Positions 7,264 to 16,788 of a DNA stretch of 24,361 nucleotides are shown here, piece after piece. Within the stretch, counting starts at the first letter, position 1, and each line of letters starts with the position of its first letter. This DNA comes from Bryobacteraceae bacterium (GTDB lineage Bacteria > Acidobacteriota > Terriglobia > Bryobacterales > Bryobacteraceae), in assembly GCA_035708545.1 (NCBI GenBank), contig DASSSG010000213.1, positions 1 to 24,361 of the forward strand, in the 5' to 3' direction. A program made the position numbers and the translations under genes. The notes under the pieces are model-generated. The model ran no database searches and was not told the DNA's origin. It worked only from the letters and a program-made list of their open reading frames with translations.

Positions 7264-7821
7264 TCAGCCGGACAGCGCCTCCAGCCTGACCTGGATTTTC
7301 TCGAGGCGGTTGATGGTAGGCTGCACACTCGGCAGCAATCGTTCGAGCTCAGCCCGATAAGAATCGAACGCGCGCTCGCTGGCTCCGGCAACGCGGGTCG
7401 CGGTTGAAACGTCAGACTTGCCGAATCGACGCACATAGGCCTGAATTTCCTGGCCCTGCGCTATCAGTCGGATATCTTCCTGCACAGAATCAGCAAGCTG
7501 CTTACCTTTCTCCAGCAGATCCCGCACATACTGCCTGCACTCGGGAAGGCAGGCTTCCCGTTCGTGCTCGTCGATGGTTTCGAGATAACGCAAATAAGCC
7601 TCGATGTCAGTCGGCATCCGTTCGAGAAATTGCAGCACCGCGGAGTGCTCTCCAAGCGCATGCGTGTATTTGGACAGCAGCGGTCCTTTAATCGAGGAAT
7701 CGGCGTGAATATTCGCCGGCGCGGACACCGCACCTGACGACATCGACGCGAAGTAATCTGAGTAACCCTGAAGATACGCGCACCATATCCGTTCCTCCGG
7801 AGACTGCGACGAACCGATCAT
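7264..7821 (-). CDS. Hypothetical protein, 185 aa, apparently alpha-helical
   Basis: Its ATG overlaps the TGA of the upstream NRPS (ATGA), and it fills the gap before the radical SAM gene. No family motif recognised. Confidence 0.7.
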   Translation of the reverse strand: MIGSSQSPEERIWCAYLQGYSDYFASMSSGAVSAPANIHADSSIKGPLLSKYTHALGEHSAVLQFLERMPTDIEAYLRYLETIDEHEREACLPECRQYVRDLLEKGKQLADSVQEDIRLIAQGQEIQAYVRRFGKSDVSTATRVAGASERAFDSYRAELERLLPSVQPTINRLEKIQVRLEALSG

Positions 7822-10800
7822 TGCTTCATCTCCTGCGCATCATCCTGAAGCAACCGTCTCAGCAGGACGTCCACGTCCGCATCGGAAAGCTGATTCAGAT
7901 CCGGGGTCTGTTCTGTGATGTGAGGAATCGACCCCGCAGGGCTGGCGCCTTGAGACGTGTGCTCGTCGATTGCCCTGGCGAGTGCGTCTAGTCTCGGGTT
8001 TTCGAACAAAGTGCGGAGAGGTAAGTCGACTCGGAACACGTCACGTATGCGAGAAACGACCTGCGTTGCCAGTAGCGAGTGGCCTCCGAGCTCGAAGAAG
8101 TTGTCATTGGCACCGATCGTTTGAAGCTTGAGAACGCCGGCCCAGATTCCCGCCAGATTCACCTCTGTGGCTGTGCTCACCGGCACGGGCGGAGCGCCGT
8201 CGACCGCACGATTTGTGCCGGGACGGGGAAGCGCTCTGCGATCCAGTTTCCCGCTCGCTGTGAGTGGAAACGTGTCCAGCTGCACGATTGCGGAGGGAAC
8301 CATATACTCCGGCAGCTTCTCCGCCACGAATATGCGAAGCTCGGCCGGGGATGCGGCGGCACCCTCGTGCATCAGCACGTACGCGACCAGCCGCTGGGCT
8401 CCGGGCGCATCTTCAAGCACCGTGCATACTGCCTGGCGCACGGAGGGGTGGTGAGTCAGGGCCGTCTCCACTTCGCCCAACTCGATCCGGTACCCGCGTA
8501 GTTTAACCTGAGTATCGATCCGGCCCAGGAACTCAATGTTCCCATCCGGGAGATACCGTGCCCTGTCGCCGGTCTTGTACAAACGCGCGCCGGGAGACTC
8601 GCTGAAGGGATCGGAGGTAAATCGCTCGGCTGTAAGTTCTGGCTGATTTCTGTAGCCGCGGGCCACACAGTCTCCGCCGATGTGCAACTCGCCTGGAACA
8701 CCGACGGGTGCCGGACTGCCGAAGCGGTCGAGGATATAAAGCCGAGCGTTGGCGATGGGACGGCCGACAGGTGGCACGCCCGGCCACTGACGGGGTGCTC
8801 CCGTCAAACGGAATTCGCTGACGACGTGTGCTTCCGTCGGCCCGTATTGATTCGACAGCACGCACCCGTCGAGTCTCTCGAACCAGAGAACGATCTCCGG
8901 CGTAACCAGCAACTGCTCGCCGGCAGTGATGACCTCGCGCAAAGCCGTCGGGACGATCCCGCTGCCCGCTCCCAGCTCGGCCAGCTGGCGCAGCGCTACG
9001 AATGGAAGGAACAGGCGCTCAACGCCTGAGTCCGCGATCAGGCGGAGGAGTTCCCTGGCATCCCGCCGCTGCTCCTCGGAGACAAGGACGAGAGTGCCCC
9101 CGGAACAGAGGCAAGTGAAGATCTCCTGGAATGAGACGTCGAAGCTCAGCGGCGAAAACTGGAGTGTGCGCGCGGGCGCGGCGAGGGCCGTTGTCCGAAG
9201 CTGCCAGGTGATCAGATTGACCAGTGCCCGGTGCGGCATTTCAACGCCTTTTGGCACTCCTGTCGAACCCGACGTGTACATTACGTATGCCAGGCTGTTG
9301 GAGTCGGCGCCGCTTTCCACGTCTTCGGCGGATTCGCGGGCAATCTCCGGCCAGTCGCGATCCAGACAGACCACCCGCGCCTCGGACGCCGGCAGCCGCT
9401 TCGTCAGCTCTTCCTGCGTCAGCAGAACGGTAGCGCGAGAATCAGAAAGCATGAACGCGAGCCGCTCATTTGGATACGCCGCATCGAGGGGCACGTACGC
9501 CGCGCGCGCCTTGAGGATGCCGAGCAGGCCCACAATGGCCTCAAACGAGCGTTCCGCACACAGCGCGACCAAAGGCCCCGGCCCGGCGCCCAGCCTGTGC
9601 AGATAACGCGCCACCTGGTTTGCCCGCCGGCTGAGTTCCCGATACGTCAACTCCCGGCCGCCGAACCGCAATGCCACGGCATTCGGTGTGCGCTCGACCT
9701 GTGCTTCAAACAACTGCTCTACAGTACTGGTTCGCGGATACTCGGCGGCAGTCGTATTCCAGTCCATCAGAACCTGCCGCCGTTCCAATTCCGTCAGCAG
9801 CGGCAGTTCCGAGATGCGCCGGTCCGGATGCTCGACTATGGCTTCAAGCAGTGTCTGGAAGTGACCGACCATGCGCGCGATGGTGGCTCGATCAAAAAGA
9901 TCGGTGCTGTACTCGATTGACCCCTCGATCGCTCCGGAGCCCTCGAACAGATGGAAACCGAGATCCACAATCGATGTGCCTTTGGCTACATCGAACGATC
10001 CCGGTTCGGGCGCCGGGCGGCCGGCGCAGGCGTCTGCTCCCGTTCCTGTGCTGAACACCTGGAACAGAACCTGAAACAACGGATTCCGGCTCAGGTTGCG
10101 TTCCGGCTGAAGCTCCTGAACCAGCCTCTCGAACGGCAGGTCCTGATGAGCATAGGCTCCAAGTGCGACTTCGCGGACGCGCTGCAGCGCATCACGGAAG
10201 GTCCGGTTGCCCGACAGATTGACTCGCATCACCAACGTATTCACGAAAAATCCGATCAGGCCTTCGATCTCGCGGCGGGTGCGATTTGCCATCGGCGAAC
10301 CGACTACGATGTCGTTCTGACCTGAATACCGGTGCAGCAGGATCTGAAATGCGGTGAGGAGCGTGATGAAGAGGGTCGTACCTTCCCGGCGGGCTAGTGC
10401 TCGCACCGCGTCGGACAGCCGTTCCGGCAAGCGGATGTTAAGGTGGCTGCCGACGTAGCGTTCAACCGGCGGGCGCGGTCTGTCGGTCGGAAGCTCCAGG
10501 ACCGGCAAGCCGTCCAGTTGCCGCTTCCAATACCGGAGCTGCTCCTCCAATACCTCACCTTGCAGCCTCTGCCGCTGCCAGACGGCGAAGTCGGCGTACT
10601 GGATTGGCAGCTCGGGCAGAGGCGAAGGCTTTCCCTCCGCGAAAGCGGCGTAAAGCGCCATCAGCTCGCGGAAGAGCACACCCATGGACCAGCCGTCCGC
10701 AACGATGTGGTGAATGGTCAGAAGGAACAGGTGATCGTCGTCGCTAAGCCGTACGACACCGGCCCGCACCAGAGGGCCCTTGGCCAGGTCGAACGGCTGA

Positions 10801-11258
10801 ATGGCTTGCGTGGTCGCCAGGCGCAGCGCTTCCTCATCTCGCCCGCCGGGCGGAAGATGCGTGAGGTCGGTCACGCTCAGCGGTATCGCGAGTGCGGGCG
10901 CGATAATCTGTACCGGCTCGCCGTTCACCGTTCCGAAGGTCGTGCGCAGGGCTTCGTGGCGGCGCACAATTTCGTTGAGACTGCGTTCGAGCGCACGAAC
11001 ATTGAGCCACGCTTTCCAGTGAAATGCGTTGTCGACGTTGTAGAACGCGCTCCCGCCCGCGAGCTGGTCCAGAAACCAAAGGCGCTCCTGAGCAAACGAC
11101 AGCGGCGGCGCGGTCGAGGGCTCACGGCGCGGGATCGGCGCGAGCGCCGAGTCCCGGCCCTCCTGCTTCAGCAGCCTTGAGAGCAGATCGCGCTTGCCCT
11201 GAGGCAGGGCCGCGATCCGTTGCGCGGCCGCCGTGCGGATCTTCGTGTTGGGGGTCAT
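7818..11258 (-). CDS. NRPS module C-A-T, proline-like specificity, no TE
   Basis: C: PLSFAQERLWFL and HHIVADGWS. A: YTSGSTGVPKG, FDVSFQE, NQYGPTE, YKTGD, RIELGEVE and SGKLDR. T: NFFELGGHSL. Manually extracted pocket code DVQFIAQVVK. ATGA overlaps at both ends. Confidence 0.95.
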   Translation of the reverse strand: MTPNTKIRTAAAQRIAALPQGKRDLLSRLLKQEGRDSALAPIPRREPSTAPPLSFAQERLWFLDQLAGGSAFYNVDNAFHWKAWLNVRALERSLNEIVRRHEALRTTFGTVNGEPVQIIAPALAIPLSVTDLTHLPPGGRDEEALRLATTQAIQPFDLAKGPLVRAGVVRLSDDDHLFLLTIHHIVADGWSMGVLFRELMALYAAFAEGKPSPLPELPIQYADFAVWQRQRLQGEVLEEQLRYWKRQLDGLPVLELPTDRPRPPVERYVGSHLNIRLPERLSDAVRALARREGTTLFITLLTAFQILLHRYSGQNDIVVGSPMANRTRREIEGLIGFFVNTLVMRVNLSGNRTFRDALQRVREVALGAYAHQDLPFERLVQELQPERNLSRNPLFQVLFQVFSTGTGADACAGRPAPEPGSFDVAKGTSIVDLGFHLFEGSGAIEGSIEYSTDLFDRATIARMVGHFQTLLEAIVEHPDRRISELPLLTELERRQVLMDWNTTAAEYPRTSTVEQLFEAQVERTPNAVALRFGGRELTYRELSRRANQVARYLHRLGAGPGPLVALCAERSFEAIVGLLGILKARAAYVPLDAAYPNERLAFMLSDSRATVLLTQEELTKRLPASEARVVCLDRDWPEIARESAEDVESGADSNSLAYVMYTSGSTGVPKGVEMPHRALVNLITWQLRTTALAAPARTLQFSPLSFDVSFQEIFTCLCSGGTLVLVSEEQRRDARELLRLIADSGVERLFLPFVALRQLAELGAGSGIVPTALREVITAGEQLLVTPEIVLWFERLDGCVLSNQYGPTEAHVVSEFRLTGAPRQWPGVPPVGRPIANARLYILDRFGSPAPVGVPGELHIGGDCVARGYRNQPELTAERFTSDPFSESPGARLYKTGDRARYLPDGNIEFLGRIDTQVKLRGYRIELGEVETALTHHPSVRQAVCTVLEDAPGAQRLVAYVLMHEGAAASPAELRIFVAEKLPEYMVPSAIVQLDTFPLTASGKLDRRALPRPGTNRAVDGAPPVPVSTATEVNLAGIWAGVLKLQTIGANDNFFELGGHSLLATQVVSRIRDVFRVDLPLRTLFENPRLDALARAIDEHTSQGASPAGSIPHITEQTPDLNQLSDADVDVLLRRLLQDDAQEMKQ

Positions 11259-12181
11259 TTCGGTTTGCTAAGCCGCAGAATGCGATAGCTCAGAACGCCG
11301 GATTGCATGTCGCGATAAACCTGCGAGCCGGGCATGCTGAGGAACTCGCCAACCACTTCGAACCGGTTCCGGTCTCCACCGAATGCCTGGAAACGGGCGG
11401 GCGAAGACTCGTCACACGCCAGGAGCACGTTATGCGTGATGTCCCGGTCCACTTCCACCTGGAGCCCTGTAGCGCGCAGCCAAACGAACCACCTGGCGGA
11501 GAAATCGGCCGGCATGCAGTCGCTGTACAGAAACTTGCCGCCGGGCTTCAGCAGCCGGAAGACTTCCTTATAAAAAGCCTCGACGTCCAGGTAGTGATTT
11601 GAGGATTCCAGGTTGGTCACAACGTCGAAGTACCCGCTGCGGAACGGCAGTTGCTCGGCGTCGGCCTGTACGAACGATACGTTCGCATACTTGTGCGTCC
11701 GCTGGCAGTACGCGATCGGCCCGAAGGACAGATCAGCTCCGACGAAGCTTCGTGGCTTGAAGTATTCCTCTGCGACGAAGACGACGGCGCCGCGGCCGCA
11801 ACCGACATCCAGTATGTTCAGCCCGTCGATCGGGCAATCGCCGATGAGTTCAAGCACCAGACGGACGGCGTTCTTGCCGAGCAACCGTTCGGGTAATCGG
11901 ACCACCGAGTACTCCGGGCTGCCGTCCGGCACATAACCCAGATTCATGAAACACGCGTATCGTCCGACGGGCGTCGAATCGAGTTGCCGGCTGGCGGTGT
12001 CATAGAGGCGCTGGGTGACCGCGCGCAATTCGGCTGGAGAACGCGGATCTCCGAATTCGAGGGGCTCGGGCGCCTCGGCGGCCACCGGCGAAGCCGACCG
12101 GCGCGCCACCAGCCGCTCGAAGCACTCGCGTTTCTCGGGAGTGAGTTTAGCCAGGCGCGACAATACATCGTGCGACATCAT
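11255..12181 (-). CDS. Stand-alone class I SAM-dependent methyltransferase (probable O-methyltransferase, phthiotriol/fatty-acid O-MT-like) with N-terminal docking-like helix
   Basis: FMNLGY, ILDVGCGRG, GADLS, FVQADAEQLPF, FDVVTNLESSNHY and LLKPGG. ATGA overlaps with the PKS and the NRPS. Confidence 0.88.
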   Translation of the reverse strand: MMSHDVLSRLAKLTPEKRECFERLVARRSASPVAAEAPEPLEFGDPRSPAELRAVTQRLYDTASRQLDSTPVGRYACFMNLGYVPDGSPEYSVVRLPERLLGKNAVRLVLELIGDCPIDGLNILDVGCGRGAVVFVAEEYFKPRSFVGADLSFGPIAYCQRTHKYANVSFVQADAEQLPFRSGYFDVVTNLESSNHYLDVEAFYKEVFRLLKPGGKFLYSDCMPADFSARWFVWLRATGLQVEVDRDITHNVLLACDESSPARFQAFGGDRNRFEVVGEFLSMPGSQVYRDMQSGVLSYRILRLSKPK

Positions 12182-15100
12182 CCCTGTGACTCCTGATGTT
12201 TCGCGAGTAACGCTTTGACTTCGCTCTCAGGAAGCCCCTCCACGAAATCGAGCAGCTCTGCGATCCTGCTCTCTTCCTCCGGCGCGGCCGCGGTCTCAAT
12301 CGCAGCAGCGACCGCCGCGACCGTCGGGGCCTGAAAGAGCTGATGTACCGGTAAGTCCACGCCGAACTTCTCACGGAATCGCGAAATCATCTGGATGGCA
12401 AGAAGGGAGTGGCCGCCGAGATCGAAAAAGTTATCGTGAATGCCGACGGGCTCGATGCCGAGCAGATCCTGCCATACTTCAGCGACCACCCGTTCACGAT
12501 CGTCGCGAGGAGCAAAGTACTCGTTGACTAATGTGGGCCGCGGATGCCGAGGAACGCCGGCGGGTGGTTTCGCGTCGAGGGTGTACTCGCTCGGCTCCGC
12601 CCACAGCCACTGGTTCATGCGGGCATCGGGATCTCCGGTGGCCACGACCACTTGCCCCGGCAGGTGCTCCAGAACGCGTCGAAAAGCCGCGACCGCTTCG
12701 TCCGCCGAGAGCTCATCAGAGTCCCCGGAGCGACGAGCACTGTGGGGAAACACCCACTCGTCCCAGTTCACGCTTGTCCACGGCGCCGTGCCGGCAGAGT
12801 TGTGGCGAGCCGCGAAGGCATCCAGGAAGTTGTTCGCTGCCGAATACGCTGCAAATCCGGCTCCCACCTGAAACGACGCGAACGAGGAGAGCAGAACGCA
12901 GAAGTCGACTCCCGGTTCGAGAAGCGCCTCGAGGATCATCGCTCCCCGCGCCTTCGAGCCGAAGTGTTCCTCACAGCTGTCTCGGCTGAGCTGCGTCAAT
13001 GGGACGAACGCTTCGGGCGAGATCTGTCCAGCCGCATGGATCACGCCGTGCAGTTCGCCAAAACGCTCATAGATCGCGGCCAGCGCCGCCCCCATCTGGT
13101 CTGCGTCGGAGACGTCGGCGGTCAACACTAACACCGTCCCGCCGAGCTGCTCGATCTGCAGCAGCCGCCGGATCTTGCTGCTGACGTCGTCCTCGCCATG
13201 CAGTGCGAGCCAGGGCTCCCATTCATGCCGCTCGGGAAATGCCGAGCGGCCACTCAGGACAACCCTGGCTTGCACGGAACGCGCAAGCTCCTCGGCAAGG
13301 GCGAGTCCGATCTGTCCCAACCCGCCGGTGATCCAATATACGCCGTTCAGCCGCAGTGTCCTGGGTCTCTCGGCCGGGGCAGCAAGCGGGAGCTGCTCGA
13401 AACCCTGGACGAGGCGGGTTTCGCCGCGGTATGCGACCACCGTGTCCCGTTCCGCTGAGGTCAACTCCGCAATGATACTGTTGGCCACGCCGTCGTCCAG
13501 GGCGACGTCGATGCTGCAACACCGGATTGCAGGATATTCGTACGCCGCCACGCGGCAGACCCCCAGCAGAGTCGCTTTGCCGGGATGCAGCCGCTCGTCT
13601 TCGAGCAGTGCGTGGAGATGGTTTGACACGATTCCGACCTGAATGTGATTCAGGAGATTTTGTCTTTCGAGCGCCTGTACCAGAGCAACCACACTGTAGA
13701 AGCCGAACTCCTGGCACTCGTCAAAGGACGTCTCCTCGGCGGCCACAGTCCAGAGATGTGCGACAACGTCGGGCAGGCGGTCAGTGATCCGAAGTTCGTC
13801 GAGCAGGCTCTCATAATCTTTGCGGTCGGCGGGGCGCACGGCAAAGGCTTCGCTGCCCAGGCGGGCGTACTCGGTGCCAGGCATCACGACGATATTGGTG
13901 TGTCCCAGTTGCTCGAGTTGTCTGACCATAGCCGGCCCGACCCCGCAAGCATCGGCGAGGATCAGCCAACGCAGCGGCCGGCCGGCATTGTCGAGACGGT
14001 CGTTTGCGAGTGGGGAGACCTGCCATGAGGGTATGTAGAGCCAATCGGCCACATCCCGCCCGGGGCCGACTTCGGCCGCATCCGCCTCTGCGGCTTGCTC
14101 CGGCACGCCGATCCAATAGGTCTGCCGTTCGTACGGATATGTCGGCAGCTCGATCCGTCGGCGAGGCTCGCGGGAATGAACGGCCGGCCAGTCAGGCGTG
14201 ATGCCATTCAGCCACAGTCGGCCAAGCGCTTCGAACAATACTGCGGATTCCGCCTGTCTGTCTTGTGCCCCCGGCATGGACGTGAGCACTGTCTGACCTG
14301 ACCAACTGTCCTGCTGCTGCCGCAAGAGCATGCCGAGTGTGCGTCCGGGTCCGACTTCAAGGAACACGCGCTCGCTATCCGTCAGCAGTTCGCGCAGTCC
14401 ATCGGAGAAACGGACCGTTTGGCGAACGTGCCATCCCCAGTAGCTCGGGTCGCGCGCCTCATCGGGCGTGATCCATGTGCCCGTGACATTCGAAATATAC
14501 GGGATCTGCGGTGCGTTGAGACTGATGTTCTGCACCCGTTCGGTGAATTGCCAGACGATCGGCTCCATCATCGCAGAGTGGAACGCGTGCGATGTGTGCA
14601 GCCGCTTTGCCGCGATGCCCGCAGCAGCGAGCTGCCCGGCTGCCGCATCGATCGCGCCTGCAGGCCCGGAGAGCACAATCAGCGAGGGCGCGTTCACGGC
14701 CGCCACACTGATGCCGTTCGTGAGCAACGGCTGCGCTTCCGCCTCCGAGAGCGATACCGCCAGCATCGCCCCTGTGGGCATAGTGTCCATCAGCCGCCCG
14801 CGCGCCGCCACGAGGGCCACAGCGTCCTCAATGGAGAGCACGCCCGCCAGACACGCGGCCACCCACTCACCAATGCTGTGGCCTGTCATCGCCGCCGGAT
14901 AGATTCCCCACGACATCCACAGCGCGGCCAACGCGTACTCGATCGTAAATAGTGCCGGTTGTGCAATGGCTGTGCGCTGAAGCCTCTCATCCCACAGCTG
15001 CGGCGGGGCAGCGGAGGACGAACCGGCGTCGGCGGGGTACAGCAGTTCGCGCAGGTCCACGCGCAAATGCGGACGGAACAAGTCGGCGCAGGCATCGAGA

Positions 15101-16788
15101 GCTTCCTGGAAGGTGGGTTCAGTCCCGTAAAGCTCCTGGCCCATACCGATGTATTGCGTGCCCTGGCCCGGAAAGAGGAACACGACGGGACGGTTCTTCG
15201 CATCGGTTACCGCGGTGAAAACGCGCTGGGGATCGCGCTGCTCCAGAGCTGTGACCGCATCCATGGGATCGAATGACGAGCAAACCACAGCGCGGCGGTG
15301 GGCGAAGGGCTTCCGGCCCACCTGGGTCGTGTACGCAACATCGGGGATCGAGATGTCCTCGTGCCGGGCCAGGTGAGCGGCGAGATTATCCGTCGCGTTC
15401 TCGAGCGCTTGCTCGCCTCGGGCGGAGAGCAGGATCAGCTGCGAAGCGCGGGTAACCGCCGGCGCCTCTGCCGGAGGCGCCTCTTCCAGGATCACATGTG
15501 CGTTCGTTCCACCGACGCCGAATGCGCTTACGCCTGCGCGTCGCGGTCGGCCGTCAGACTGCCACTTCTTCAACGCGCTATTCACATAGAACGGGCTTTT
15601 ATCGAAATCGATCTTCGGATTCGGCTTTGTGAAGTTCAGGCTCGCCGGCAGCAGCTTATGTTCGAGTGACAGCACCGTCTTGATCAGGCCCGTAACGCCG
15701 GCCGCTGCGTCCAGATGCCCGACGTTGCTCTTCACCGAACCGATCGCGCAGAAGCCCCGCTCAGGCGTGCTGGCGCGGAACACTTCGGTGAGGGCGGTGA
15801 TCTCGATTGGATCGCCAAGCGGTGTAGCCGTACCGTGTGTCTCGACGTAGCTGATGGTGGCCGGATCGACGCCGGCCATAGCCTGCGCCATTGCGATCAC
15901 CTGCGCCTGCCCTTCGACACTCGGGGCCGTGTAACCGACCTTGCCCGAGCCGTCATTGTTGACAGCCACGCCGCGGATGATTGCGCGGATGTTGTCGTTA
16001 TCGCCCAGCGCATCGGAAAGCCGCTTCAGCAGAACCAGGCCGACACCGTTGCCGCCCCAGAAACCCTGCGCGGAGGCATCGAACGGACGGCAATGGCCAT
16101 CGGGGGAAACGATACCGCCAGGCTGGTAGTAATAGCCTTTGCGCTGTGGGACGTGAATGGCGGCGCCGCCCGCGAGCGCCATATCGCACTGGTAGCTCCA
16201 CAGGCTGTGACACGCCATCGCCACGGCCACCAGGGAAGTTGAGCAGGCCGTCTGCACCACGACGCTCGGGCCCCTGAGGTTCAACTTGTATGACACCCGG
16301 GTCGCAAGGTGATCCTTGTCATTCGCCACCATCAACTGGAATTCATCGACGAGTCCCAGCCGGTCTCCGGCGAACAGGAGGTTATAGAGATAGCTGCTGG
16401 CCGCGGTGCCGGCGAAAACACCGATAAGGCCCGGATACGACTCTGGGTTGTATCCGGCGTTCTCTATGCATTCCGAGGCGCATTCCAGGAAGATCCGGTG
16501 TTGCGGGTCGGTGATCTCGGCCTCGCGCGCGCTGAAGCCGAAGAATGAGGCGTCAAACCGGTCGACTCCGTCGAGAATGCCGCCCGCGTTGACATAGTTC
16601 GGATCAGCGATGATCGCGGGATCGACGCCCGCGGCCTCCATCTCCTCGGGGGAGAAGCGCGAGGAGCATTCCACACCCCGCCGGAGGCTGTCCCAGAACT
16701 GCTCCACGTTGCGAGCGCGGGGAAACCGCCCGCTCATGCCGATGATCGCAATGCTCTCGACTGCTGAATCCTGTTTGCCGTTATCCAT
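12178..16788 (-). CDS. Type I PKS module KS-AT-KR-ACP (malonyl-CoA extender; no DH or ER)
   Basis: KS: VQTACSTSL (Cys 16243-45), ETHGTAT and SNVGHL. AT: GHSIGE (Ser 14875-77) and HAFH. KR: TGGLGQIG, K, SS and YSAAN (Tyr 12844-46). Carrier: NFFDLGGHSL. Confidence 0.95.
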   Translation of the reverse strand: MDNGKQDSAVESIAIIGMSGRFPRARNVEQFWDSLRRGVECSSRFSPEEMEAAGVDPAIIADPNYVNAGGILDGVDRFDASFFGFSAREAEITDPQHRIFLECASECIENAGYNPESYPGLIGVFAGTAASSYLYNLLFAGDRLGLVDEFQLMVANDKDHLATRVSYKLNLRGPSVVVQTACSTSLVAVAMACHSLWSYQCDMALAGGAAIHVPQRKGYYYQPGGIVSPDGHCRPFDASAQGFWGGNGVGLVLLKRLSDALGDNDNIRAIIRGVAVNNDGSGKVGYTAPSVEGQAQVIAMAQAMAGVDPATISYVETHGTATPLGDPIEITALTEVFRASTPERGFCAIGSVKSNVGHLDAAAGVTGLIKTVLSLEHKLLPASLNFTKPNPKIDFDKSPFYVNSALKKWQSDGRPRRAGVSAFGVGGTNAHVILEEAPPAEAPAVTRASQLILLSARGEQALENATDNLAAHLARHEDISIPDVAYTTQVGRKPFAHRRAVVCSSFDPMDAVTALEQRDPQRVFTAVTDAKNRPVVFLFPGQGTQYIGMGQELYGTEPTFQEALDACADLFRPHLRVDLRELLYPADAGSSSAAPPQLWDERLQRTAIAQPALFTIEYALAALWMSWGIYPAAMTGHSIGEWVAACLAGVLSIEDAVALVAARGRLMDTMPTGAMLAVSLSEAEAQPLLTNGISVAAVNAPSLIVLSGPAGAIDAAAGQLAAAGIAAKRLHTSHAFHSAMMEPIVWQFTERVQNISLNAPQIPYISNVTGTWITPDEARDPSYWGWHVRQTVRFSDGLRELLTDSERVFLEVGPGRTLGMLLRQQQDSWSGQTVLTSMPGAQDRQAESAVLFEALGRLWLNGITPDWPAVHSREPRRRIELPTYPYERQTYWIGVPEQAAEADAAEVGPGRDVADWLYIPSWQVSPLANDRLDNAGRPLRWLILADACGVGPAMVRQLEQLGHTNIVVMPGTEYARLGSEAFAVRPADRKDYESLLDELRITDRLPDVVAHLWTVAAEETSFDECQEFGFYSVVALVQALERQNLLNHIQVGIVSNHLHALLEDERLHPGKATLLGVCRVAAYEYPAIRCCSIDVALDDGVANSIIAELTSAERDTVVAYRGETRLVQGFEQLPLAAPAERPRTLRLNGVYWITGGLGQIGLALAEELARSVQARVVLSGRSAFPERHEWEPWLALHGEDDVSSKIRRLLQIEQLGGTVLVLTADVSDADQMGAALAAIYERFGELHGVIHAAGQISPEAFVPLTQLSRDSCEEHFGSKARGAMILEALLEPGVDFCVLLSSFASFQVGAGFAAYSAANNFLDAFAARHNSAGTAPWTSVNWDEWVFPHSARRSGDSDELSADEAVAAFRRVLEHLPGQVVVATGDPDARMNQWLWAEPSEYTLDAKPPAGVPRHPRPTLVNEYFAPRDDRERVVAEVWQDLLGIEPVGIHDNFFDLGGHSLLAIQMISRFREKFGVDLPVHQLFQAPTVAAVAAAIETAAAPEEESRIAELLDFVEGLPESEVKALLAKHQESQG

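Noticed and set aside
7227-7436. 69-aa minus-strand ORF as a RiPP precursor for the radical SAM
   Set aside because: It overlaps the better-supported 185-aa ORF in another frame and has no leader or core features (no NHLP/Nif11 leader or double-Gly site).
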